64,000 bases of DNA, taken from positions 54,436,001-54,500,000 of the forward strand of contig NC_043007.1 of the NCBI RefSeq assembly GCF_006345805.1, read 5' to 3'. A program made the translations under genes and the position numbers. The DNA is from Octopus sinensis. Its lineage: Eukaryota. This document shows positions 50,517 through 61,433 of this stretch, piece by piece. The notes beneath the pieces were generated by a model. That model was not told the origin of the DNA. It worked only from the letters and a program-made list of their open reading frames with translations, and ran no database searches. Numbering within the stretch: the first letter of the stretch is position 1; each line of letters starts with the position of its first letter.

Positions 50517-50812
50517 GTAGCAAAAGGCCTTTTTCCACATTCTTTTGATCAAAGTGTTCTGGTCTTGCCAGGCATTGTGATAATCATTTTACCAAGAATA
50601 AATACATGCACTGGTTCTATTTCATATTTTATAATTTAGTTAATTAGTTAACCAATTAACAAAACAATCCCTTGATAAATCATTTAATCAGTCAGTAAGC
50701 TGGTTTGTCACTCTTTTCATTGTTATTTGCAGCCTCATCACTACTCAAAGGCTGTTTGTTGTCTTCAAACATTCTTATTGAATTTACAGCGTGAGGGAGC
50801 AAGTGAGTGAGT

Positions 50813-51090
50813 GAGTGAGTGAGTGAGTGAGTGATGATGATGATGATGATGAGGAGGAGGAGGAGGAGGAGGAGGAGGATGGTGATGATGATGATGATGA
50901 TGAAGACGAGGAGGAGGAGGAGGAGGAGGAGGACGACGACGACGACGACGACGAAAAATCAGCTGTTAATTGATAATCTAATTATCAGAAACCTGAACAA
51001 AGCATGGATTGACTATCATAAAGCATACAATAGGATACCACTCTCTTGGATAACAAAAACCATGGAAATGTATGCTGCACATATGCTGCA
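50813..51090 (+). mobile_element. Microsatellite run (GAGT/GAT/GAG/GAC) followed by a small RLE-LINE RT fragment
   Basis: KNQLLIDNLII..AWIDYHKAYNRIPLSWI immediately after (GAC)n. Confidence 0.75.
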
Positions 51091-52429
51091 GCTGCTGTAG
51101 GTGCTATGCTTTACATTATGGAAGGGTTCTCTATTCTAGTCTTTTAACTGCCATACATATTTGGATACAGAAGTAGAGTTTTATTTATCACTGTGTCTAA
51201 ATGAGTGCACATGTTGCCTGAAGCAGGTAGTCCAATATATGTTTTATTCAAGCTACTGTCAGCTTGCATAATTGCTCTGTACACCAATTTACCCGCTTTT
51301 ATTGGATATTTTCAGTTAGTCAGATTGTTTACTTTTGTGATGCTTGCTGTTTGATGAACGACTTGCTAGAACCTCATTTTTCCAACATAAACAACTATTA
51401 TTGTCATTCAGCAGAGTGAAAAAGAATTGTTACGTATTTGCATGACCTTTTGACTTCCCAAATTAACACACTTTCTCTCACCCATATATTGAATGAACAT
51501 GTTGACATGCAAGTTATTATTCAGACAGGCAAATTTGTCTTCTTGCACACACACACTTACATACACACATAGATTCTTACCAAAAATTTAACTTATTTTG
51601 TGATCAACAAATTCAAATTAACTAATAACCAATAATTATTTGTGACAAACCTATTTAAACTTTCAGAACAGAAATTTCCTGTCCAATTTCTAAGTTATAT
51701 TTTACTCACTTTACACTGCAACCCATGAATGACTGGTATACTCAATGGTTGAATTATCATACATTCATCATTAATGATATTTTTGCAAATGCTATATACA
51801 TAAATTTATTCTGGTAAATTGACTCTTTGCTGTTAACATTAATAGTTCTGTTTTCTTTGCAACTGTTCTTTTACAGAGAACATAAAATCTAGATTTGAAG
51901 TAAATAATTACCAAATAAGACCATTGTTCCTTCTCTCCCTGTTGATTTTTATTCATCTTCATTTGCATTTCGATCAATGCTTAAGATTAAAATCTGAATT
52001 AGATACTTCGGTCAAAATTTATATGTAAAAACACAGATACATACTTAATGTACATATAAAAATATAGATACAAAATACACTAATGTAATGTACATAAAAT
52101 GTTGTCATAAATATTTCTTCCCATTCTGTAAAATCTTGAGTTTCATGTAAATCTATGGAACATACAGGGGTTGAACAAAATAATGGAAACACCTAGCATC
52201 ATAATTTTGAAATATCTATAAAACCATCAAAAGCTTTTTTATTTTAAGTTTTTTGATTTATTATTAATGTTGCTTAATATGTTTTACTAAAATTGCTGTT
52301 TCTTTTCAGATATCATCAGAAAAAGGTTATTAAAATTCATCAAAATGACAGACCTATTTTGTCCAACCCCTGTATATACACATTGTGTGTGCGTATGCTG
52401 AGACCCAAATATTCTCATGATTCACTGGT

Positions 52430-53450
52430 CCCACTCCCAAACTATATGGTTGTTATATTGATGACTGTATTGGTGAGACCTCTCCTCTCTTTTGTCCAAT
52501 CCTCACATCCTGCCCTTGAATTCTCTTGCACTATTACCAACACTTCCTTCACATTTCTCGACATTTCTGTCAATATACACCACTCTGCTCTCACTACCTC
52601 CATCCACTACAAACATACCAACTCACACTCCTAACTTAACTTCTCCCCCTCCCACCCTACCTACACCAAGCTCTCCATCCCCTACTTCCAATTCCTCTGT
52701 CTGCACAGGCTCTGTAAAGACAACCATGACTTTGAGACTCAGTCTCAACTCATGGCTCACCACTTCACCCTACATGAATATCTATCCATACAGCCCTTGC
52801 TAGGGCACGTTCCATGGACTGTGCCTCTGCTCTCTCTCCCCACACCCATCCTGCCATTGCCCATCTCCTGTTTCCCCTCACCCTGCCCCTCCAATGCACC
52901 ATTCTCTAAGCCTTCCAGTGACTTCAGCTGACCCCTCCACCTCACACATCTTCCCCAACCTACCCCTTTCCTCTGTCAACCTGCATGACCTCCTGGTCCA
53001 CAGTTTCTTCCCTAACCACACCTCCCAACCTAGCTCATTCCCCTACTCCCACCCACACAGCCGCACTTGCCCCTATCTTTCCAACACCACCATCTTCACA
53101 GGCACCCATCATATCATATCACCAACTCCTTTACCTGCACTTCTAGCAACATCATTTACTGCATCTCCTGCTCTGTCTGCTTTTCTCTATACATCAGTCA
53201 AATGGGATACCGCTTGGCTGACCAGTTCGTGGAGCACCTCTGAGACATCACATTCGACAATGACACCGGTCTCGGACCATTTCCACTCTACTGGTCACTA
53301 CAACACCTGTCTGAGTTTGGATTGTCTTTGCACAGGGGCCATCCAGATGCCCACCTTCACTGTGAACAGGAATTAATCTTCACTCTGAGTTCCTTTGCAC
53401 CATATTTTCTCAAATCCCCTCCTCTCCTCTCTTCATCTGACACCTACTTC
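52430..53450 (+). mobile_element. Penelope-like element remnant (RT C-terminal part + GIY-YIG)
   Basis: HPALEFSCTI..SFTFLDISV...TSIHYKHTNSHS; later IYCISC..LYI.QMGYRLADQF.EHL, EQELIFTLSSFAP; many frameshifts. Confidence 0.85.
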
Positions 53451-53800
53451 CTCTCTTCACACCTCCTCACCTTCTTTCTTTGTGGATACCACCCCCTCTC
53501 CCCACACATCCCTACCCCCACACCTCCAACCCACACCCATATCCTCACCCCACATTCACACCCACATCCCCGCATTCATAAATCTCCACACCCCTACATC
53601 CCAACAACACACACCATCACATCACATCACACCATACAACACCACTCCATATGCACACATACTTATACATTCTCACATACACACCTTCGTTTTGGGATCA
53701 CCAATGCTTTATTATCTCCCCTTCTTTCAACCTTTCCTGTCAGACCATTTTCTTGTTTACCAGTCACCATGAGTATATGTATATATGTATGTATTTAACA

Positions 53801-54087
53801 GCAAATTGGTCATCTTCACTTACAGACATTTCTATTAACACTCAATAAACATTAAATTTACATTTATGTGACATGAGCATAATATCATCAGAGGGGAAAA
53901 GATGTACATTTGGATGCCATATGTGTATTTGTGACTAGTCTGCTGAAACAAATTCACAAACACACATATAGCATCCAAAGGTACATCTTTTTTCCTCTGA
54001 TGATATTATGCTCATGTTGCATACATGTAAATTTAATGTTTATTGAATGTTAATAGGAAAGGCTGTAAGTGAAGAAGAGCAGTTTGC
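53801..54087. repeat. Diverged inverted repeat (~134-bp arms) with degenerate hammerhead motifs
   Basis: 53801-53934 vs 53954-54087; CTGATGA TATTA...TAATA GAAA(TGTCTG/GGCTG)TA, consistent with a decayed GAAACAGCTGTA. Confidence 0.8.
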
Positions 54088-54183
54088 AGTTATTAATAAA
54101 CAATTATTAACTTCCCAATCTCCATTTTCTTTTCTAAATGAATATAAACTATATGTTTTTATATACACCTATTATTTTAACAA

Positions 54184-54265
54184 GTGTAGGACAAAAGCCC
54201 CCTAGGACAAAAGCCCCCTAGGACAAAAGCCCCTAGAACAAAAGCCCCATGGACAAAAGCCCCAT
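54184..54265 (+). repeat. Tandem 15-16-bp GGACAAAAGCCCC(C)TA repeats at a MULE-like terminus
   Basis: About five copies, starting AAGTGTAGGACAAAAGCCCC, near-identical to the right TIR of 10750-12654. Confidence 0.8.
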
Positions 54266-55115
54266 AGTTAAAGGAGATAGACAAAGAACATTGTTGCCCT
54301 TCCTTCCACTTAGAAGCTACTAAATTATCAGGAAGAAAGACTTTTTACAGATTTTGCTTGTCACTTTTATATGGGGTCAGTTTTAATTTATAGACTAGTT
54401 TTATCAAATCCTTTTATATCTAAGACCCGGGTCTGTAAGAGATAGGGCTGAGGGAGTCTACAGAAATCATAGTGGGTATAGTCATAAAAATCAAGATTTA
54501 TTTGAAGCAATATCATGGGATTTGGTAAAGGAAAACTTAAATCAAGATGTTAGCTGACAATTAAGGGGGCTGGCCACAAGCAGACCATTGATAATGAAAC
54601 AGAGGAAATCTTATCATGTAGTACTATAGTTAAATATTGTAAGTAATACTGCTATATTGTATAAAGTTAAAGTTTAGGGTTATTCGGAGGATTACTAAGA
54701 AGAATTATAACAAAAGGATAAAATGTTTTATGAATACTTTTGAGTATATACCAAACTTTTACCATAAAGAGGTGGAAAAGAAAATTATATAGAAATAGTT
54801 TAATATTTATACATATTATATTATAAACCTAAATACTAACTAATCAGATGGTATCAGTGAATATTGGATCAATTGGTATATACTGGTATTTAATAAAGGA
54901 GTACTGAGGTAAAAGAACATGCTAACTATGAATTGATTTAATTATAATCTAAGCAGTTTATTTTAAGTAGTGAATATACCAGTATTGTTATATAAAAAAA
55001 AAATTGGAAGAAAAGAGGTTTAAAAATCGGAAAAACTGTGTATTTTTAGGCCAATAACAAGAGAGAAATTTTCTGTGTTTAGCAGAGCGGTGTCATCTTC
55101 ATATATATATATATA

Positions 55116-55500
55116 TATCTCTTATTATAAAAGGCAGATTTTATCTGCCTCCCTTTGGGAGTTATACAAATCTACAATATAGGATTTCTTCAATTACAAT
55201 TTACCTAGCATTTTTAAGAGTACAATGCATCGCGTCATGCCACATCCAGTTTTTAAAATTTAAACTCCAATTAAGCAAAATTTACAGAAAACTCACATTC
55301 TGGTGTGTGTGTCAAATGCTTTTCTTAGTCTGGTTTACACCACACGCAAACGCACACACACAGTGGGCAACGAATAAAATGAAAGTAATTCACTTACTGT
55401 AGTGAGTGATTCTTTCACTCTGCCTCCCACTTCCTCTTTCCACACATGACACGCAAATATATAAATAAAATTGTAAGCTAACGTGCGTGTGTGTGAGTAT
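55116..55500 (+). mobile_element. Possible Helitron-like 5' segment
   Basis: Starts A|TCTCTTATTATAAAAGG in (TA)n, like the Helitron 5' ends at 56.7-60.5 kb; no CTAG/hairpin 3' end found. Confidence 0.35.
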
Positions 55501-55540
55501 GTGTGTGTGCGTGTGTGTGCGCGTGTGTGTGTGTGTGAGG

Positions 55541-55576
<36 letters not shown>

Positions 55577-55643
55577 GCGTGAGTGTGTGACAGGAAAGTT
55601 TTTTATGACGAATATAACACCTATATCCAAGTAGCAGAAAGAT

Positions 55644-55910
55644 AAGACAGTAAGGTGTGATTTGAGGGAGATTTGGCTGCTATTTCTACCATGTCTAGCT
55701 GCCATGTAGGGGTCTCCCTCATAGGCTCATACATACATATATACATAGATAAGACAGTAAGGTGTGATTTGGGGGAAATTTGGCTGCTATTTCTACCAGG
55801 TCTAGCTACCATGTAGAGGTCCCCCTCATTGGCTCATATATATATATACACACATAAGACAGTAAGGTGTGATTTGAGGGAGATTTGGCTGCTGTTTCTA
55901 CCAGGTCTGT
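55644..55910. repeat. Three ~106-bp tandem units
   Basis: AAGACAGTAAGGTGTGATTT at 55644, 55751 and 55856. Confidence 0.85.
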
Positions 55911-55974
55911 TAGGCCTTCTCATGTAAACTCAAGCTTTCTCATGCCTTGAACATAAGACCAAAGCAGAGAATGT

Positions 55975-56175
55975 ATTCTTTTATTCTTCTGCTTTTTCCA
56001 GCCATTGGTCTGTGGCCATGCTGGGGCAATGCCTTGAAGAATTGTAGTTTAATGAATCAACTCCAGTTTTATTTTTGTAAGCATTGTACTTATTCTATCT
56101 GTTTCCTTTGTCAAACCACTAGGTGACAGGGATGTAAACAAACCAACATTCGTTGTCAAGCAGTGGTGGAGGACA
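55975..56175 (-). mobile_element. SINE 3' half
   Basis: GGCCATGCTGGGGCA...TACTTATTCTATC...GTTGTCAAGCAGTGGTGG. Confidence 0.7.
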
Positions 56176-56290
56176 ATCACAAGCACAGACACGCACACAC
56201 ACACACATACATGCATACACATATACACACACACATACATACATACATACATATATATATATATTATATATATATATGTGTATATATATA

Positions 56291-56549
56291 TTGCAGCGTG
56301 GAAGGTGTTTGTAAGCCATTTAAGAAACACACAAAAACCGTTACATTCACTTCAACATTTAAATTTAATTTGCCAAAATATTTTCGTCGCTTTCAGACCG
56401 CGACCTGTTCACTGACAAAAATATCGTGCTAACAGGTCGCGGTCTCAAAGCGACGAAAATATTTTCACAAATTAAATTTAAATGTTGAAGTGAATCTAAC
56501 GGTTTTTGTGTGTTTCTTAAATGGCTTATAAACACCTTCAACGCTGCAA
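56291..56549. repeat. Inverted repeat, 119-bp arms, 21-nt spacer
   Basis: 56291-56409 pairs with 56431-56549, with few mismatches. Confidence 0.95.
56369..56420 (-). ncRNA. Candidate variant hammerhead ribozyme (G3:C8 core)
   Basis: TTTGTCA GTGAACA G GTCGC GGTCTGAAA GCGAC GAA AATATT T TGGCAAA. Confidence 0.55.
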
Positions 56550-56625
56550 CTGTTTTCGTTCCAGCACACGATCTCAGATCAAGTCACTTGCTATGCAAGT
56601 ACATCTCTGTAACTATATATATATT

Positions 56626-56657
<32 letters not shown>

Positions 56658-56730
56658 ATATGTATATTGGTAAAAACAGTAAGATAACAAAAGAAAGAAA
56701 GAGACCTCAATATTATGTAAATAGAGGAAA

Positions 56731-57125
56731 TCTTTATATAGAAAAGTGAGGTTGTGTGTCTGTCTCCTACGATTTAGATTCCTAACTACTCCCACATTTT
56801 GCGGTGCAGTTTAACCAAAACCGGGTATCTTATTGTCGTGATTCATATCGAGACCGTCTGGGTATTAGCGCGCGTCTACGATGAGTCTACGATTTAAAAA
56901 AAAATTTACCATCAATTTTTCCCATTTTTAATCCATTTTTGACATATATAAGGGAAGTAACTCTCTAAAATTTATTATTAAATCTCAGAACGTAAAAAGC
57001 TACAGTAACACCCCTACCCCTTTGTGGTTAGCCATATTGAGATGGCTATTATACTTTACATCTCTAAAAATGCTTATATAATTATTTCCCTTACAAACCC
57101 GAGCAACGCTGGGCGATACTGCTAG
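56731..57125 (+). mobile_element. Non-autonomous Helitron (complete)
   Basis: A|TC 5' end, 3' hairpin CCCGAGCAACGCTGGG, CTAG|T 3' end, no TSD. Confidence 0.9.
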
Positions 57126-57183
57126 TATATATATATATGTATGTATCAAATGAAATAAATGAAAAACACGACACAAAGGATGT

Positions 57184-57278
57184 TGCGGAACATATGTTTC
57201 GAGCTTTATAGAACAACTTATTCTTACATCAATGCATAATCGACATAACAGATAATTCAAAAGCCCTCTTCAGCCGCA
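57184..57278 (-). ncRNA. Minimal type-I hammerhead ribozyme
   Basis: Reverse complement of 58370-58464. Confidence 0.8.
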
Positions 57279-58369
57279 TGCAATTGCTACACCAAAGACT
57301 TGTATCACATTATGAAAGGTTTGAGAAAAAACATTTGGTATTGTTTATAATGGTAGGTAAACCGAGTATCACTGGGAAAGTATGTTTGTAAATCTTCATA
57401 GGCGTACATTGTATTATTAGACTCCAAAACAAATCGTCTATACCGTTTTCTCACTCAATATAGAATGAATACTGGGTAGATTCCTTCATGTAAGGGAAGG
57501 AATTGGATGTTGAGAGAGAGAGAAAAAAAAAGAAGAAAGGAGGGGAAGGGGGGAACCGTTAATGAAGTTGGGATCACAAAAAATATATATACAAATGTAA
57601 ATATAATTATAAAGGATAATAAGATATAAAATATAACAAAAAGTAAAGATGTAAAAATATAAGTATATAAAAATATAAAGAACGTCAGGTATAGGGTCAT
57701 AAATTCTAGAAATGTATTGTGAAAGTGTAAAAGGTACAAAAAATTAAGAGTAAAAGATAAAAAATAAAAAAACAAAAATAAAGATAAAGTGAGATAAAGA
57801 TAAAAAGATACGAAGCTACAAAAGAATACACAGCGATCAGAGATGATGGGTTAAAGTTCTGATGCTGTGGTGAGTGTCGTAAATTACTTTTAATTATCGG
57901 AGTGGCGTGGGGGGGTATAGTAGTAGGCGACCCTATACCTGACGTTTTTTATATCTTTATTTTTTTTTTGCTCTAGTTTCAGCTCAGAGCTGCGGCCATG
58001 CTGATGCACCACCGTTATATACTTATATTTTTACATCTTTACATATATTTACATTTGTATATATATTTTTTGTGATCCCAACTTCATTAACGGTTCCCCC
58101 CTTCCCCTCCTTTCTTCTTTTTTTTCTCTCTCTCTCAACATCCAATTCCTTCCCTTACATGAAGGAATCTACCCAGTATTCATTCTATATTGAGTGAGAA
58201 AACGGTATAGACGATTTGTTTTGGAGTCTAATAATACAATGTACGCCTATGAAGATTTACAAACATACTTTCCCAGTGATACTCGGTTTACCTACCATTA
58301 TAAACAATACCAAATGTTTTTTCTCAAACCTTTCATAATGTGATACAAGTCTTTGGTGTAGCAATTACA

Positions 58370-58464
58370 TGCGGCTGAAGAGGGCTTTTGAATTATCTGT
58401 TATGTCGATTATGCATTGATGTAAGAATAAGTTGTTCTATAAAGCTCGAAACATATGTTCCGCA
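58370..58464 (+). ncRNA. Minimal type-I hammerhead ribozyme
   Basis: TGCGG CTGAAGA GGGCTTT...AAAGCTC GAA ACATATGT T CCGCA; 5-bp stem I, 7-bp stem II, palindromic stem III. Confidence 0.8.
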
Positions 58465-58752
58465 ACATCCTTTGTGTCGTGTTTTTCATTTGATACATAT
58501 ATCCTCTCACCTATGCTACTAGCTGGCATATTCAGGTGCTTACATTTATCAAGTATTCACCCTAAATTTATTATATATATATAATATTAGGGAGTATAAC
58601 TCCAAACTTACAGGGAATTAAAGATAAAATGTATTCATAGTTTTCATTGATATATAATAAATGTGAAAATTAATTTCTGTGTGTCTGTGTGTGTCACACT
58701 TCGATCCCCTCTCTAACTATTCATTGACACTCCTACTATATATATCTATATA

Positions 58753-60856
58753 TCTATATATATAAAAGTGAAGTTGTGTGAGTGTCTGTCTCCTACGATT
58801 TAGATTCCTAACTACTCCCACATTTTGCGGTGCAGTTTAACCAAATTCGGGTATCTTATAGTCGTGATTCATATCGAGCTCGTTTGGGTATTAGCGCGCG
58901 TCTACGATAAGTCTACGATTTTAAAAATAATTTAACATCATTTTTTTCCATTTTAACGCATATTTTTTAAATAAAGGGAAGGCGGCGGAGTTGGCGTCCA
59001 TGCTCACACCTGCACCTGTGTTGCTTCTCCCCCTTCTTCCCTCCCTCGTGAAGCTGTGGGAAGGGAGTGTAAGGAAATCAACGTCGTAAAGCGTTGTCAA
59101 GAAGACCAGCGTTCTTTTAGAACAACGACTTCATGGCTTGAAGACACCAAAACAGAAATGGCTAAGAAAGCCCTAAAGCAAATTCTACAAAATTGGGAAA
59201 CACGCCACACAGGGAAGGTTTCCCGTGCAAATAATTTGCACAACCGAATGTTATAGTTGTTGCACAACTTTTACTTAAAAAATATTATCCAAACACAAAC
59301 TTTTGAAGGCAATATTGTATGGCGATGGTACTTGTGAAATATGGTAATGGATTTAGTAGCCAAAAGGAGAGATCAGAGGCATAGTATGGTGGTGGTGGAG
59401 GCGGTGATAGTGGCAGCAGTGGTGCTGGTAGTGGTGATGGTGGTCGTGGTGTTTGTGGTGTTGTTGTTGTTGGTGGTGGTGGTGGTGGTCGTGGTGATGA
59501 TGGTGGTCGTCGTGGTCGTCGTCGTGGTCTTCGTGATGGTGGTGGTCATGGGCGTAGTGGTGGTGGTCATGGTGGTAGTGGTGATGGTATTGGTCGTGGT
59601 GGTGGTGGTGGTGGTGGTGGTGGTGGCTGAAGCTGTCGTCTGGGTTCTTCCAATTTTTTCGTGTGTCGGTGGCGGCGTTGGCGTTCATGCTCGCACCTGC
59701 ACCTGTGTAGCTCCTCCCCTTCTTCCCTCCCTCGTGAAGCTGTGGGGAAGGCAGGGTAGGGAAATCAACGTCGTAAAGCGTTGTCAAGGAGACCAGCGTT
59801 CTTTTAGAACAACGACTTCATGGCTTGAAATCGCCAAAACAGAAATCGCTAAACAAGCTGAAACAGATCCACAAAAACGGCAAAAACCGCCACACTGGGC
59901 AGGTTTCCTGTGCAAACAATTTGCACAACCGAATGTTTTAGTTGTTGCACAAGTCTATATATATAAAACTGTAGTTGTGTGAGTGTCTGTCCCCTTCGAT
60001 TTAGATTCCTAACTACTCCCACATTTTGCGGTGCAGTTTAACCAAATTCGGGTATCTTATAGTCGTGATTCATATCGAGCCCGTCTGAGTATTAGCGCGC
60101 GTCTACGATGAGTCTACGATTTTAAAAATAATTTAACATCATTTTTTATTCCATTTTAATGCATAATTTTTCGTGTGTCGATGGCGGCGGAGTTGGCGTC
60201 CATGGTCACACCTGCACCTGTTTGCTTCTCCCCCTTCTTCCCTCCCTTGTGAAGCTGTGGGGAAGGGAGTGTAAGGAAATCAACGTCGTAAAGCGTTGTC
60301 AAGGAGACCAGCGTTCTTTTAGAACAACGACTTCATGGCTTGAAGACACCAAAACAGAAATGGCTAAGAAAGCCCGAATTGGCATCTATAAGGGAAGTAA
60401 CTCTCTAAAAATGCTTATATAGTTATTTCCCTTACAAACCCGAGCAACGCCGGGCGATACTGCTAGTCTTTATATATAAAAGTGAAGTTGTGTGGTGTCT
60501 GTCTCCTACGATTTAGATTCCTAACTACTCCCACATTTTGCGGTGCAGTTTAACCAAAACCTGGTATCTTATAGTCGTGATTCATATCGAGCCCTTCTGG
60601 GTATTAGCGCGCGTCTACGATGAGTCTACGATTTAAAAAATAATTTACCATCATTTTTTTCCATTTTAATGCATTTTTTCGCTATTATATAAGGGAAGTA
60701 ACTCTCTAAAAATGTCTACGATGAGTCAACGATTTAAAAAAAAATTACCATCATTTTTTATTCCATTTTTAATGCATTTTTTTGCTATAACTCTCTAAAA
60801 ATGCTTATATAGTTATTTCCCTTACAAACCCGAGCAACGCCGGGCGATACTGCTAG
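58753..60856 (+). mobile_element. Head-to-tail array of three non-autonomous Helitron units
   Basis: 5' ends TC-T(A/T)TATATATAAAA at 58753, 59954 and 60467; hairpin+CTAG ends at 60466 and 60856; exact CTAG|TC junction; array bounded A|...|T. Confidence 0.9.
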
Positions 60857-61014
60857 TATATATATATATGTGTGTGTATGGCGAACCTTTCCTTCGATAT
60901 AACTCGACAAAATCAAAACATTTCACTTTGGGTATTTCCGTGGAAGCAAATGACAGTTCGATTCTGTTTTCAGCTTGGAAATTTGAGGATTTCACATATA
61001 TACTGTGTGTATGT

Positions 61015-61220
61015 TTGTCTCCCACTACCAGAGCTTGACAACCAATGCTGGTGTGTTTATGTCCCTGTAATGTAGCGGTTCGACAAAATAGACAAATAGA
61101 ATAAGTACCAAGCTTTAAAAAATAAGTACTGGAGTCGATACATTCGACTAAAACTTTTGCAAGCCGATACCCCAGCATGGCCGCAGACTACTGCCTGAAA
61201 CAAGTAGAAGATAAAAGATA
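61015..61220 (+). mobile_element. SINE 3' half
   Basis: GCTTGACAACCAATGCTGGTGTGTTT...GAATAAGTACC...CCCCAGCATGGCCGCAG...GAAACAAGTA. Confidence 0.8.
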
Positions 61221-61433
61221 CTGCCATACTTCTATGGACATGTTACAAATTAGTTTTATCGTAAACAATCTTAATAGGAAGGATTATCAAAAAGAATTAA
61301 GGCAACTCCTATACAACAACAGCAACAGTAACAATAATCACACATTGGAAACATTCCTAAGAAGTTAAAAATATAAATTTGAAAATATTTAGTCAAAGAG
61401 AATATTAAATTAATATATTTTTATTTGGCAATA

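Larger units (their letters stand above)
57139..58500. repeat. Long inverted repeat (~560-bp arms) with outward-facing hammerheads; probable Penelope pseudo-LTR dimer
   Basis: 57139-~57700 pairs with ~57929-58500, near-identical over the outer ~450 bp. Confidence 0.9.

Noticed and set aside
52293-52325. CTGATGA...GAAACAGC on minus strand
   Set aside because: No stem II, no palindromic stem III and no stem I partner.
53322-53848. His/Pro/Thr-rich ORFs
   Set aside because: C/A-rich low-complexity tail of the Penelope remnant.
59341-59982. 213-aa Val-rich ORF (His-rich on the opposite strand)
   Set aside because: (GGT)n tract plus the Helitron internal module.
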